A DNA stretch of 63,963 nt, filler included, from Octopus bimaculoides (taxonomy: Eukaryota): NCBI RefSeq assembly GCF_001194135.2. It is 5 parts of 5 records of this genome, joined end to end, with 100 filler letters (N's around TTAATTAATTAA, not from the genome) between each part and the next. Parts side by side here need not be neighbours in the genome. Positions count along the whole stretch, not along the records: positions 35,436 to 56,906 come from NC_068993.1; positions 57,007 to 62,815 come from NC_068984.1; positions 62,916 to 63,963 come from NC_069001.1; 2 more parts are not named here. One strand, given 5' to 3'. The number at the start of each line of letters is the position of its first letter. The first letter of the stretch is position 1. This document shows, one piece after another, positions 55,367 through 63,963 of this stretch. The position numbers were made by a program, and so were the translations under genes. The notes beneath the pieces are model-generated. The model was not told where the DNA came from and did no database searches. It saw only the letters and a program-made list of their open reading frames with translations.

Positions 55367-55621
55367 CAGTGCTTCTCAACCAGTTTTTACCCGTAAACTC
55401 CTTTGATTCCTATTTTACTTGGGTAGACAATCCTAGCCATTCAGTTTAATAAAAATCCTGTAATATTTTTATAATTAAATATAATTAGGAATTGTATAGA
55501 AATAATTATTAAAATATTTTGTATATTGTAGAAATATAACCAATTTACTGGAGATAAATTTTAACAACAAAATCTTATGTGGACCCCCAAGGGTCGTATG
55601 GACCTCGGTTGAAAACCACTG
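55367..55621. mobile_element. hAT-type MITE (255 bp)
   Basis: TIRs CAGTGCTTCTCAACC / GGTTGAAAACCACTG and a diverged 8-bp flank (atgatgat / atggagat). Confidence 0.7.
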
Positions 55622-56283
55622 ATGGAGATGGAGAACTAGTGTTAAACCGTCTTTATGTACTGATGTATCTTAGGCAGCATGGTTTTTGCATAATATAGTG
55701 AGACAACAGAGTAACGCCGTTAGTAGTAGAGTTTACAAAGGTAAAGGAGGAGGATGAAATGCTGTAACTGAATAAATCAGGAGAAATTAAAAGATTTTTA
55801 TGCGATTTAAAAAAAAATTATAAAAATTATAAAAAAATGTTTTGTTCTTAACTTCTTTTAACTTCTCTTAATTCAGTTACAGTATTTCATCCTAATTTAC
55901 TTTCCTACTAACGCCATTACTCTGTTATACTATACTAAGCCCACATTGTTTTGTGAGCTTCCATTGTTGGTGAAGGTTAGGAGAAATGAATTATCTGATA
56001 TAACATCTAGTTGATGTTACAGCCGATTAATCTTACTTATATGAATGCATGGGTTGAAATGTATGCGAATTGGGGGAAATGACGTCAGAACAAATCGTAA
56101 CAACAGCATTATAGCGATAGAGCGACTGGAATAAGAGAGGATGAAAAGATGATGCATGAAATGGAAAAAACTATCAGTGAAAAAATAACTAATTAGTAAA
56201 CACTGCCGGGAAAATGATCGAATCCTAATAATATATTACGAATCGAGAAATCTTGAAAATTGTAGTAAGCTACTACTCCATAG

Positions 56284-56600
56284 GTGAAGAGATTTAATAT
56301 AGGTAGAAAACTGGGCCATTTTAGGAAGAAAGGCAGATCTGAATTAATACAAAATGAGTCAGTTCAGAACAAAAATCTACTCGATGAGCTTTTAGAAATG
56401 TACGAGCTCAAACAAAATGCTGTCAAAGAAATAAGGGAACTGAAAGAAAAGGTGGCTGCACAAAGTGTTAGAATCAGCAGTTATGAAATGGGAACGGAAA
56501 AATTCCGTTCGAAGAGACTGCTTCAAAATATCCTTCTACAAAATAAGATGTTGAGATAGAAGGAATAGATACACGGAGAAAGTATAAGGAAAGGATGCTG
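56284..56600 (+). mobile_element. R4/Dong-like ORF fragment (pre-RT region)
   Basis: ELKEKVAAQSVRISSYE..QN resembles the recalled R4 motif KQK..AK..RL.RY..QN. Confidence 0.5.
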
Positions 56601-56777
56601 AAGAAAATTCTAACTGGGCCCCCGCCTGCAGGGCCATGTGCTGTCTATCTCGATACGAGATCATCAAGTTGCGCATATATGGTTGCGATGCATGTGCCTG
56701 GTGTACACTTATCAGACGGGTAGTCATCATGAGTATATTGGGATGCCATTTTCATGGCATACACTGCTCTCTCACTC

Positions 56778-56828
<51 letters not shown>

Positions 56829-56906
56829 CTTCTACTATAGCCTCGGGCCGACCAAAGCCTTGTGAGTGAATTTGGTAGACAGAAACTGAAAGAAGCCTGT
56901 CGTATA
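56829..56906 (+). mobile_element. SINE internal fragment (50600 family)
   Basis: Reverse complement of 50850-50930. Confidence 0.8.
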
Positions 56907-57006
56907 NNNNNNNNNNNNNNNNNNNNNNNNNNNNNNNNNNNNNNNNNNNNTTAATTAATTAANNNNNNNNNNNNNNNNNNNNNNNNNNNNNNNNNNNNNN
57001 NNNNNN
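56907..57006. other. Artificial assembly spacer
   Basis: 44 N + TTAATTAATTAA + 44 N. Confidence 0.95.
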
Positions 57007-57180
57007 CCCACTACACTCTCTGAGTGGTTGGCGTTAGGAAGGGCATCCAGCTGTAGAAACTCTGCCCAAATTAGATTGGAGCCTGGTGTTGCCATCCGGT
57101 TTCACCAGTCCTCAGTCAAATCGTCCAACCCATGCTAGCATGGAAAGCGGACGTTAAACGATGATGATGATGATGATGAA
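57007..57180 (+). mobile_element. SINE 3' half with (GAT)n tail; central block resembles the MetaSINE domain (recall)
   Basis: 'gagtggttggcgttaggaagggcatccagc' followed by 'gcatggaaagcggacgttaaacgatgatga'. A degraded inverted copy lies near 57750-57850. Confidence 0.65.
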
Positions 57181-57328
57181 GGAAAAGAAGATTTTTGTAA
57201 AAAACAAAAAGAGTACAGCTTTTTAAATTTGAAAAAAAAAATTGAAGCAAACTTCAACATTGACCTCTTATTTTCAGATAACACCAAATCGCTGGTTTTC
57301 CAACTTATAGTCTGTCTCACTGTCTTAC

Positions 57329-57411
57329 CTGTTTGGTGCAGTAAATTCATTTGTTATGACTTTAGGTACTTCCTTCACACCATCAGCCTTTAGATGATCA
57401 CAAATGTAATC
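57329..57411 (-). CDS. ERCC4: DNA repair endonuclease XPF, coding exon 3 (DYICDHLKADGVKEVPKVITNEFTAPN+AG)
   Basis: ttttcaag acceptor and AG|GTAAGA donor; phase 0 joins exon 2. Aligns to recalled human [28 protein letters not shown]. Confidence 0.92.
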
Positions 57412-58607
57412 CTTGAAAATCAATATGAAACAGAAAAATATTATTGTTGTTGATATTGTTATCAATGACAGTTGAGATCATGAATATTTAATGATCTTTA
57501 CAAATATTTTATATTTTAGAATTTATTTTCTGTCTCGTTACAGTCCAGGCATTACAAAACATGAGCTAGTGTATATAGAAGTGGAAGCTGCACTGGTACA
57601 GGTGTATAGTATAAACTGACACAGCATCTGCTGAATGAAAATTACTATTGACAAAAGAAGGTATTGATGATACAAAAATATTAAATAAAATGTGAAAACA
57701 ATCAACTCTAAAAACGTTGGATCTCATGGATATATTCAATCATTTGTGTTTTTACATCAGGTTTCCATGCTAGCAGGAACTGGGCAAACTTACTTGAGGC
57801 AGTATTTTATGGCCTAATGCCCTTCCTCTAACCAACTCATGTTTTTCATGTAAGATATCTTTACATCATAGGTCTTGTCTTCAAAATGACAATGCTATAG
57901 AACATATAGCATGCAGGGAATGAAAGCATGACATCACCAATCACCATCTTGCTCAAGTGGTGTCATGCAAAGACACAACATGTCAACATGCACACATATT
58001 TCTTATGCAAATGGCTTCTGTATAGTTTCTGCCTAACAGTTCCATTCACAGGCCATTGGTGTGTCTAAGGTTATTATAGTTGTCTAAGGTGCCACAGAGT
58101 GGTATAAAACTCTGCTACAGCCATACCTGCACCTAATATCTGCTTCATATTTAAACAAAATTTCCTCACTGGGTTGAGTCTGCTTGGATTAAACACAGTT
58201 TACAGAGACCTTATTTACAATGCAATACATAAACCTGACATAATGAAACTACAACCTGCTGATTTGAAGACTATACTAATTGCTGTTGTGTTTCACCATA
58301 GGATAATAACTCCTTTCAGAGAAATGTGTTTTCATAACACACTAGATTCATTAGCATAAGGAGACTCTGAAACACCCAGTGTTTTCACATCATTGTGTTT
58401 TGTTAGTCAAAGGTACCCTGGATGAATGAATCTAACAAGAGTCTGTTTATAACTTCAGCAAACAAATTATTTGTCGATATGAACTGCCAACCAATAACAA
58501 ATGGTAGGATGCACAGTTGACAGCGAGAATCAAAACAATGTCTTGCATATTTATTCTTAACGCATAAAACATAAAATAGAAATAAAACTAGAAACACTTT
58601 GCATTAC

Positions 58608-58704
58608 CTCTTCCACATTATTATTATTCAGCACAAAGACAAGATTTCCAGGGTCACAGTAGACCTTTATTAGGTTTATCAATATTCTTTCAAGACCAAG
58701 GCCC
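58608..58704 (-). CDS. ERCC4: XPF coding exon 2 (GLGLERILINLIKVYCDPGNLVFVLNNNNVEE)
   Basis: tttatttcag acceptor and GAG|GTAATG donor. Aligns to recalled human [33 protein letters not shown]. Confidence 0.93.
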
Positions 58705-58789
58705 CTGAAATAAATAAAAGCAACAGTAATAATGATGATCAATATTATGTCACAAGACTCAGCAAACTGGGAGAATCAGCCAAAAATGT

Positions 58790-59030
58790 AAATAATAATA
58801 ATAATGGTTTCAAAGTTTGGTACAAGACCAGAAAGTTTGCAGGGAGAGGGTAAGTTGATTACTTCAACCTCAGTGCCCAACTGCTACTTATTTTATCAAT
58901 CCCAAAAGGATGAAAGACAAAGCTGACTTTGGCAGAATTTGAACTCAGAATGTAAAGACAGATGAGATGTTGCTAAGCATTTTGCCTGGCATGCTAACAA
59001 TTCTGCCAGCTCACTGCCTTAGAAATAATA
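58790..59030 (-). mobile_element. tRNA-derived SINE in XPF intron 1
   Basis: Minus strand 'tggcagaattgttag' (A box) and GAGTTCAAATTC (B box), with (TTA)n flanks. Confidence 0.8.
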
Positions 59031-59536
59031 ATTATAATAATAATAATGAAGACAGGACTTGTCAGTCACACAAAAAATAGTTGGTTTCATTGATCTCAGG
59101 GTTCTGTCTTAATATTCTATCATTGCAGTCATCTCCCGTCCTCTCCTTATCTCTGTATACATGTATGTGAAAAGAATATGCTAGTGAGCATTTTATCTGG
59201 TGCTCTAACAACCCTGCTAATCTGCATATATATGTATGCATTTGGTTTGATTTCATTTTTGGATTCCAAGTCAGTTTTTCCCCCACACTAATGTCTAATT
59301 TGATAATTTTCAATTTTTCAAAAACAATGGTCTAAAGGGGAGGTGGGGCAAAATGAGTAATAATGTCAATTTATTTCTTTTATCTGTATGGTGCATAAAT
59401 ATATCAGGAAGAGTCACTCCAGCAAATCGTGAAGAAGCTGTAGAGAATATTTTATTGACTTTTTAGACTTAGTCAAGTTTTGCTAATTTCATATCATGTG
59501 CCATTTTTCCTTGATCCTCTTTTATTTAACCTAGAT

Positions 59537-59975
59537 ATTAAAGATTGGTTATTTCTTTACTTTCAAATGCACAAGTAGTCCTCAAGAATTTACAACGCAT
59601 GCCCCACCTCTGCTCGTTGCCCTATCTCCTTCAACTTACTACCTCAAAATTTTATAAAAAAAGGAAAATTAGATATACTAGTCACTTGAGTAAAAAGTGA
59701 CAAAGAAAAACGTATGTATACAGGTAGAAATGCCTTTGATTATAAGGCTGCTTAATCAAGCCTTAGCTAAGCTAAAGAACAACAACGAGTTCTTGCCGAT
59801 AAGAGGGAATGTTTACAAGTACACCGGCACGAAAAAATCGACCTTATTTTTGGGGGAATTTTTTCAGCGGATTCCTATGTCATCGTTCATGGAGATTCTG
59901 AATATGTTTTCAAAATTTTCAATTACCCCCCCACTCCACCCCAAATTTTTAAATTTAACTTTTTTTCGAAATTTT
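59537..59975 (+). repeat. Two repeat blocks, A (59537-59758) and B (59808-59975), each with an inverted copy at 61305-61814
   Basis: Direct visual alignment with the reverse complements of 61305-61524 (A) and 61630-61814 (B). Confidence 0.85.
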
Positions 59976-60005
59976 GCTGAATTTCTGATGTCTAAGAATG
60001 GATGA

Positions 60006-60266
60006 GGTACTACTAAAGCAGCGCGGACCCGAACGCGCGGTCGCGCGTCCGCGCTAGCTAGTCGTGAGTGGTCGATCCTAACCCTAACCCTATTCCTAAC
60101 CCTAAACACGTATTCATTTTCACACGCGGGTTAGGGATAGGGTTAGGGTTAGGGACAGGGTTAGAGTTAGGGATAGGGTTAGGGTTAGGGTTAGGATCGA
60201 CTACTCAAGACTAGCTAGCGCGGACGCGCGACTGCGCGTTCGGGTCCGCGCTGCTTTAGTAGTACC
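60006..60266. mobile_element. Palindromic MITE-like element with internal telomeric repeats
   Basis: GC-rich inverted arms of about 70 bp with 3 mismatches, then (CCCTAA)-like repeats, a short core and (TTAGGG)-like repeats. Confidence 0.8.
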
Positions 60267-60776
60267 GTTAATTTTCTGAAATAGTGCGCTGAATATGTTA
60301 TAATGCTTTTAGAGATCATTTGCTTAGCTGATATAGTTTTTGTAAGTTAGTGAACATTTGTAAAAACAATTATTTTTTTCTCAAAGTAAAAAAACATATT
60401 GTGCCCCCCACACTTCTTCATATTACTAATACCAATGCTAAAAAAGTATTTCAGTACTAATTGATAACATAAAAAAATGGGTCTGTGCATTATTCGGTAA
60501 GACACATATTTACTGAAGTTACATAATAACTTTATTGAGTAAAGTCAGAGACAGCGTGTATATGGAGACACTGTGATATAAGGCTGAACACACGTAAACA
60601 GACTTGACAGTCGAAACTCGTCAAGCTGTTCTCGGATTCATCCGGCAGAGAGAGCACTGATGTCTATTTCCACAGCAAGACTGAATGTATGATCTAAAAA
60701 CTTGTGAACTTATTCATAATTTCACTTATACGACTTTCATAAAAATAATCCAATAAAAAAAATCTGAAGAACTTAC

Positions 60777-60850
60777 TGTGACATAATAAGTAATCCATCG
60801 TCGTGGAAACAATTCAAAAATATTTCTTTTTCATATTCTAAGAGCGGCAT
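60777..60850 (-). CDS. ERCC4: XPF coding exon 1 (MPLLEYEKEIFLNCFHDDGLLIMS+CA)
   Basis: ATG at 60850 and donor CA|GTAAGT; phase 2 joins exon 2 as CAG. Aligns to recalled human [23 protein letters not shown]. Confidence 0.93.
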
Positions 60851-61304
60851 TTCTTTAAATTCTTCTCCGTATATAAACAAAACTAATTTAGTAGGTAAAA
60901 AAATATCACATTTTATACAATCAACGAGAGTTACCGCCACATACTGCTGTGGAGACCGGTGACAGGTTAGAATGTTCCCACATTAAAACTTTACCGATAT
61001 GTATTGTTGCTGCTGCGCGGTATCTAATTAATTGTAGTTGACCAAACAAACTTTTGATTAAAGGCATTGAGTCTAACCATTTTTTCTTTTACTTACTCAT
61101 TACTTTTTCGCAGATAGAATACTTCAAATACCGCATGCATTTTTAAAAAACTGTGTGATGTAAATGTGAGGGAGGTTTGGCTTCTTGGTTGGTTCAACTG
61201 CTAATCGTAACGCCCCCTCCATGAAAGAAGTAAGAAACTCCTCCCTCGCGAGGAAATGTGAAATTGCTTGCTAACGTAGTCCTTAAAAATCCATAATTAA
61301 TCCA

Positions 61305-61816
61305 TGATTAAGCAGCCTTATAATCAAAGGCATTTCTATCTGTATACATCCGTTTTTCTTTGTCACTTTTTACGCAAGTGACTAGTATATCTAATTTTCC
61401 ATTTTTATTAAATTTTGAGGTAGTAAGTTGAGGGAGATAGGGCAACGAGCAGAGGTGAGGCATACGTTGTAAATTCTTGAGGACTACTTGCGCATTTGAA
61501 AGTAGAGAAATAACCAATCTTTAATTTTACGAATTCATAGGTATGGGACTTATATTAAATTATTGTTGGGGGCTTAAGACTTATTAATTATTCTCTTTTT
61601 TTTTTCTATATTTTTCCACGTAGATTGAAAAAAGAAATTCGAAAGAAAGTTAAGATTTAAAAATTTGTGGTGGGGAGTGGGTAAGTAAAAATTTTGAAAA
61701 CATGGTTTTTGGCATATTCATAAACTCTGCCATCGAAAACAAAGGAAACCGCTGAAAAAATCCCCCCCCCCAAAAAAAGGTCGATATTTTCGTGCCGGTG
61801 TACTTGTAAACATTAA
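61305..61816 (-). repeat. Roughly 500-bp repeat (B then A on the minus strand) upstream of the XPF ATG, bounded by TTAA
   Basis: TTAA at 61308-61311 and 61813-61816, and homology to 59537-59975. Confidence 0.75.
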
Positions 61817-62115
61817 CCGAGGGAATCCGTAGTCAATAGACAGAGATGTTCATGCAAGACTATAATGTGGTAGTGTGTGAGTACTTCAAAAACCTTTGAC
61901 AATGTGCAGTTGTGACTATTATGACAATGCTGCAACTGTCGGCTTAAACTATTCCAGTTAACCTACGATTATTTGACGTTGTCTAGGGGAAACAACTTTG
62001 TAATTTAAAATACAAGATTTATGTCCCTTATGCGTGTGTGTGTGTGCGTGCGTGAGTGCGTGCGTATGTGTAGGGATTCCTCGCGTTTTGAAGCTAAATG
62101 TTCCTGAAAATCTTG

Positions 62116-62144
<29 letters not shown>

Positions 62145-62146
<2 letters not shown>

Positions 62147-62230
62147 CTTTATTTAAAAGCAGCAGAAATATAACAAAAAACTGTTACTCTGAGTTTCACG
62201 TTCCCGTTCATTGGACATTTTTTTTTGCAC
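62145..62230 (-). mobile_element. Second copy of the 45065 repeat with a hammerhead variant
   Basis: TGT-CCAATGA-ACG-GGAA-CGT-GAAA-CTCAGAG-TA-ACA at 62217-62182, next to (TA)n. Confidence 0.55.
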
Positions 62231-62815
62231 ATTTCATGTGCTTACTCTGGTATATATATATGAGCGTATATAGTTTGATATGTATGTACGTATGTGTAGA
62301 TGTATGTGTGTGTGCACATGTGTGTATGTGTTGTGCGTTGTGTATGTGACTATATGAGTGTGTGCATGCATGTGCGTATGAGTATGTGTAGATATGAGTA
62401 TGTGTAGATACATCTATGTGTGGTATGTTTATGTGTGAAAAAAAAAGGTTATAATTAAAAAAAAAATGCATATTTGAATTTTAACCTTTATCCTTGTATT
62501 AGTGTCATATATATTTGTATATATGTATGTGTGTATGTGTGTGTGTATATATGTATAGGTATAATGTTGGATAAGCGTATATGCGTGTATACTTTAAGAT
62601 TATACGTATATTTGTGAGTGTGTGTGAGTGTCAATATGATTGTGTGTACTTGTATATATATGTATAAGCAAGGTTATATATGTGCATATATGTATCTAAG
62701 ACGTTGTATCAATTCACCGTTAGACGATGGTGAGAGGGACAAACGCACACACACACATATATGTGTGTGTGTTTACATACGAGCATATGCATATGTATAT
62801 GTGTGCGTATATACA

Positions 62816-62915
62816 NNNNNNNNNNNNNNNNNNNNNNNNNNNNNNNNNNNNNNNNNNNNTTAATTAATTAANNNNNNNNNNNNNNNNNNNNNNNNNNNNN
62901 NNNNNNNNNNNNNNN
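62816..62915. other. Artificial assembly spacer
   Basis: 44 N + TTAATTAATTAA + 44 N. Confidence 0.95.
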
Positions 62916-62955
<40 letters not shown>

Positions 62956-63114
62956 AAATGATTGAGTTATCTGTTACTGCTACAACTATTTCATTAAGTG
63001 TCTTTTTTGTGACGTAATCATGATACAGACAGGCATGTAGCTTGTATGCACGCACAAATACGTGTGTGTATGTGTGTATTTTATTACAAATTTTATTATC
63101 CGCTTCTTACTTAC

Positions 63115-63199
63115 GACCCATTGTGAAGCTCCTACCAAAATATCGCCAAAGGCGGTCCGAGCACCCCCGCCTTGCAAGACACTCGATTGAGGACAGCAT
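63115..63199 (-). CDS. Weak candidate first exon (MLSSIECLARRGCSDRLWRYFGRSFTMG)
   Basis: ATG-initiated Arg-rich peptide in a locally CpG-rich patch with a GTAAGT donor. No homology recognised. Confidence 0.25.
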
Positions 63200-63654
63200 T
63201 TTACTAACGTGCTGTGTCCGTCCTTCTTTTGTTTAACACAACAGAGGAAGATTTCGTTACAATTCCCAGTGTAAGTCAGGCAGGTTTACATACAGGTCAC
63301 ATTAACGTATTGTGGTGCATTCGTAAACAGAGAACCACAATATGTCTAGCAAGCTGGGAACAAGATCAGTGGATTTTTTTTCTCCAAAAATAGATAATAT
63401 GGTGATGAGGACCACAGTTAGAATAATTGCTGTCCTCAATGTTTACATTAAAACTACCTACCAAGCCCATTTTGCACCATATCTTTGTCTTTCTTTGCAC
63501 CAGCAAACTAGTTGTTTTAAATTATGCGTTTTAAAAAGTTTTAACGCATATATTATGTCCTAGTTCACTATAAAAACTACCACATTGATATGTAGTATGG
63601 GTATTAGCGGTGACTCCCGCCGTACAGAACGAATATTATTTTGAATCTGTACTG

Positions 63655-63963
63655 TGGTTGTTGTTGGCACTCCGTCGCTTACGACGTCGAGGGTTCCAGT
63701 TGAACCGATCAACGGAACAGCCTGCTCGTGAAATTAACGTGCAAGTGGCTGAGCACTCCACAGACACGTGTACCCTTAACGTAGTTCTCGGGGATATTCA
63801 GCGTGACACAGAGTATGACAAGGCTGACCCTTTGAATTACAGGCACAACAGAAACAGGAAGTAAGAGTGAGAGAAAGTTGTGGTGGAAGAGTACAGCAGG
63901 GTTCACCACCATCCCCTGCCGGAGCCTCATGGAGCTTTAGGTGTTTTCGCTCAATAAACACTC
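63655..63963 (-). mobile_element. SINE-like repeat, inverted copy of 4706-5005
   Basis: Near-identical translated junk ORFs and nucleotide match. Confidence 0.8.

Noticed and set aside
60073-60195. Relic telomere or chromosome end-to-end fusion
   Set aside because: The order is CCCTAA then TTAGGG (opposite to a fusion), and the repeats lie inside long inverted arms.

Overview
AT-rich, microsatellite- and transposon-dense animal genomic DNA. The SINE and microsatellite content suggests an octopus/cephalopod draft assembly (inference). Four identical 100-nt spacers (44 N + TTAATTAATTAA + 44 N) split the window into five blocks that may not be contiguous. One gene is confidently recognisable: the first three coding exons of ERCC4/XPF on the minus strand (60850-57329). 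A few other splice-consistent exons are unidentified. The rest is decayed mobile DNA: R4/Dong-like, L1/Tx1, CR1, RTE and Penelope retroelements, a Gypsy integrase, mariner/Tc1, hAT and Chapaev3-like DNA transposons, and several tRNA-derived SINE families. Three observations stand out. (1) There are at least seven Penelope-type minimal hammerhead-ribozyme motifs from about five repeat families; one is fully intact (4036-4070) and one family is fused behind a Pol III tRNA head and inserted as an inverted pair (44430-45038). (2) A young 261-bp palindromic element with outward-facing telomeric repeats sits in XPF intron 1. (3) Permuted inverted repeats bracket XPF exon 1. All protein and family assignments come from motif recall, not database searches.
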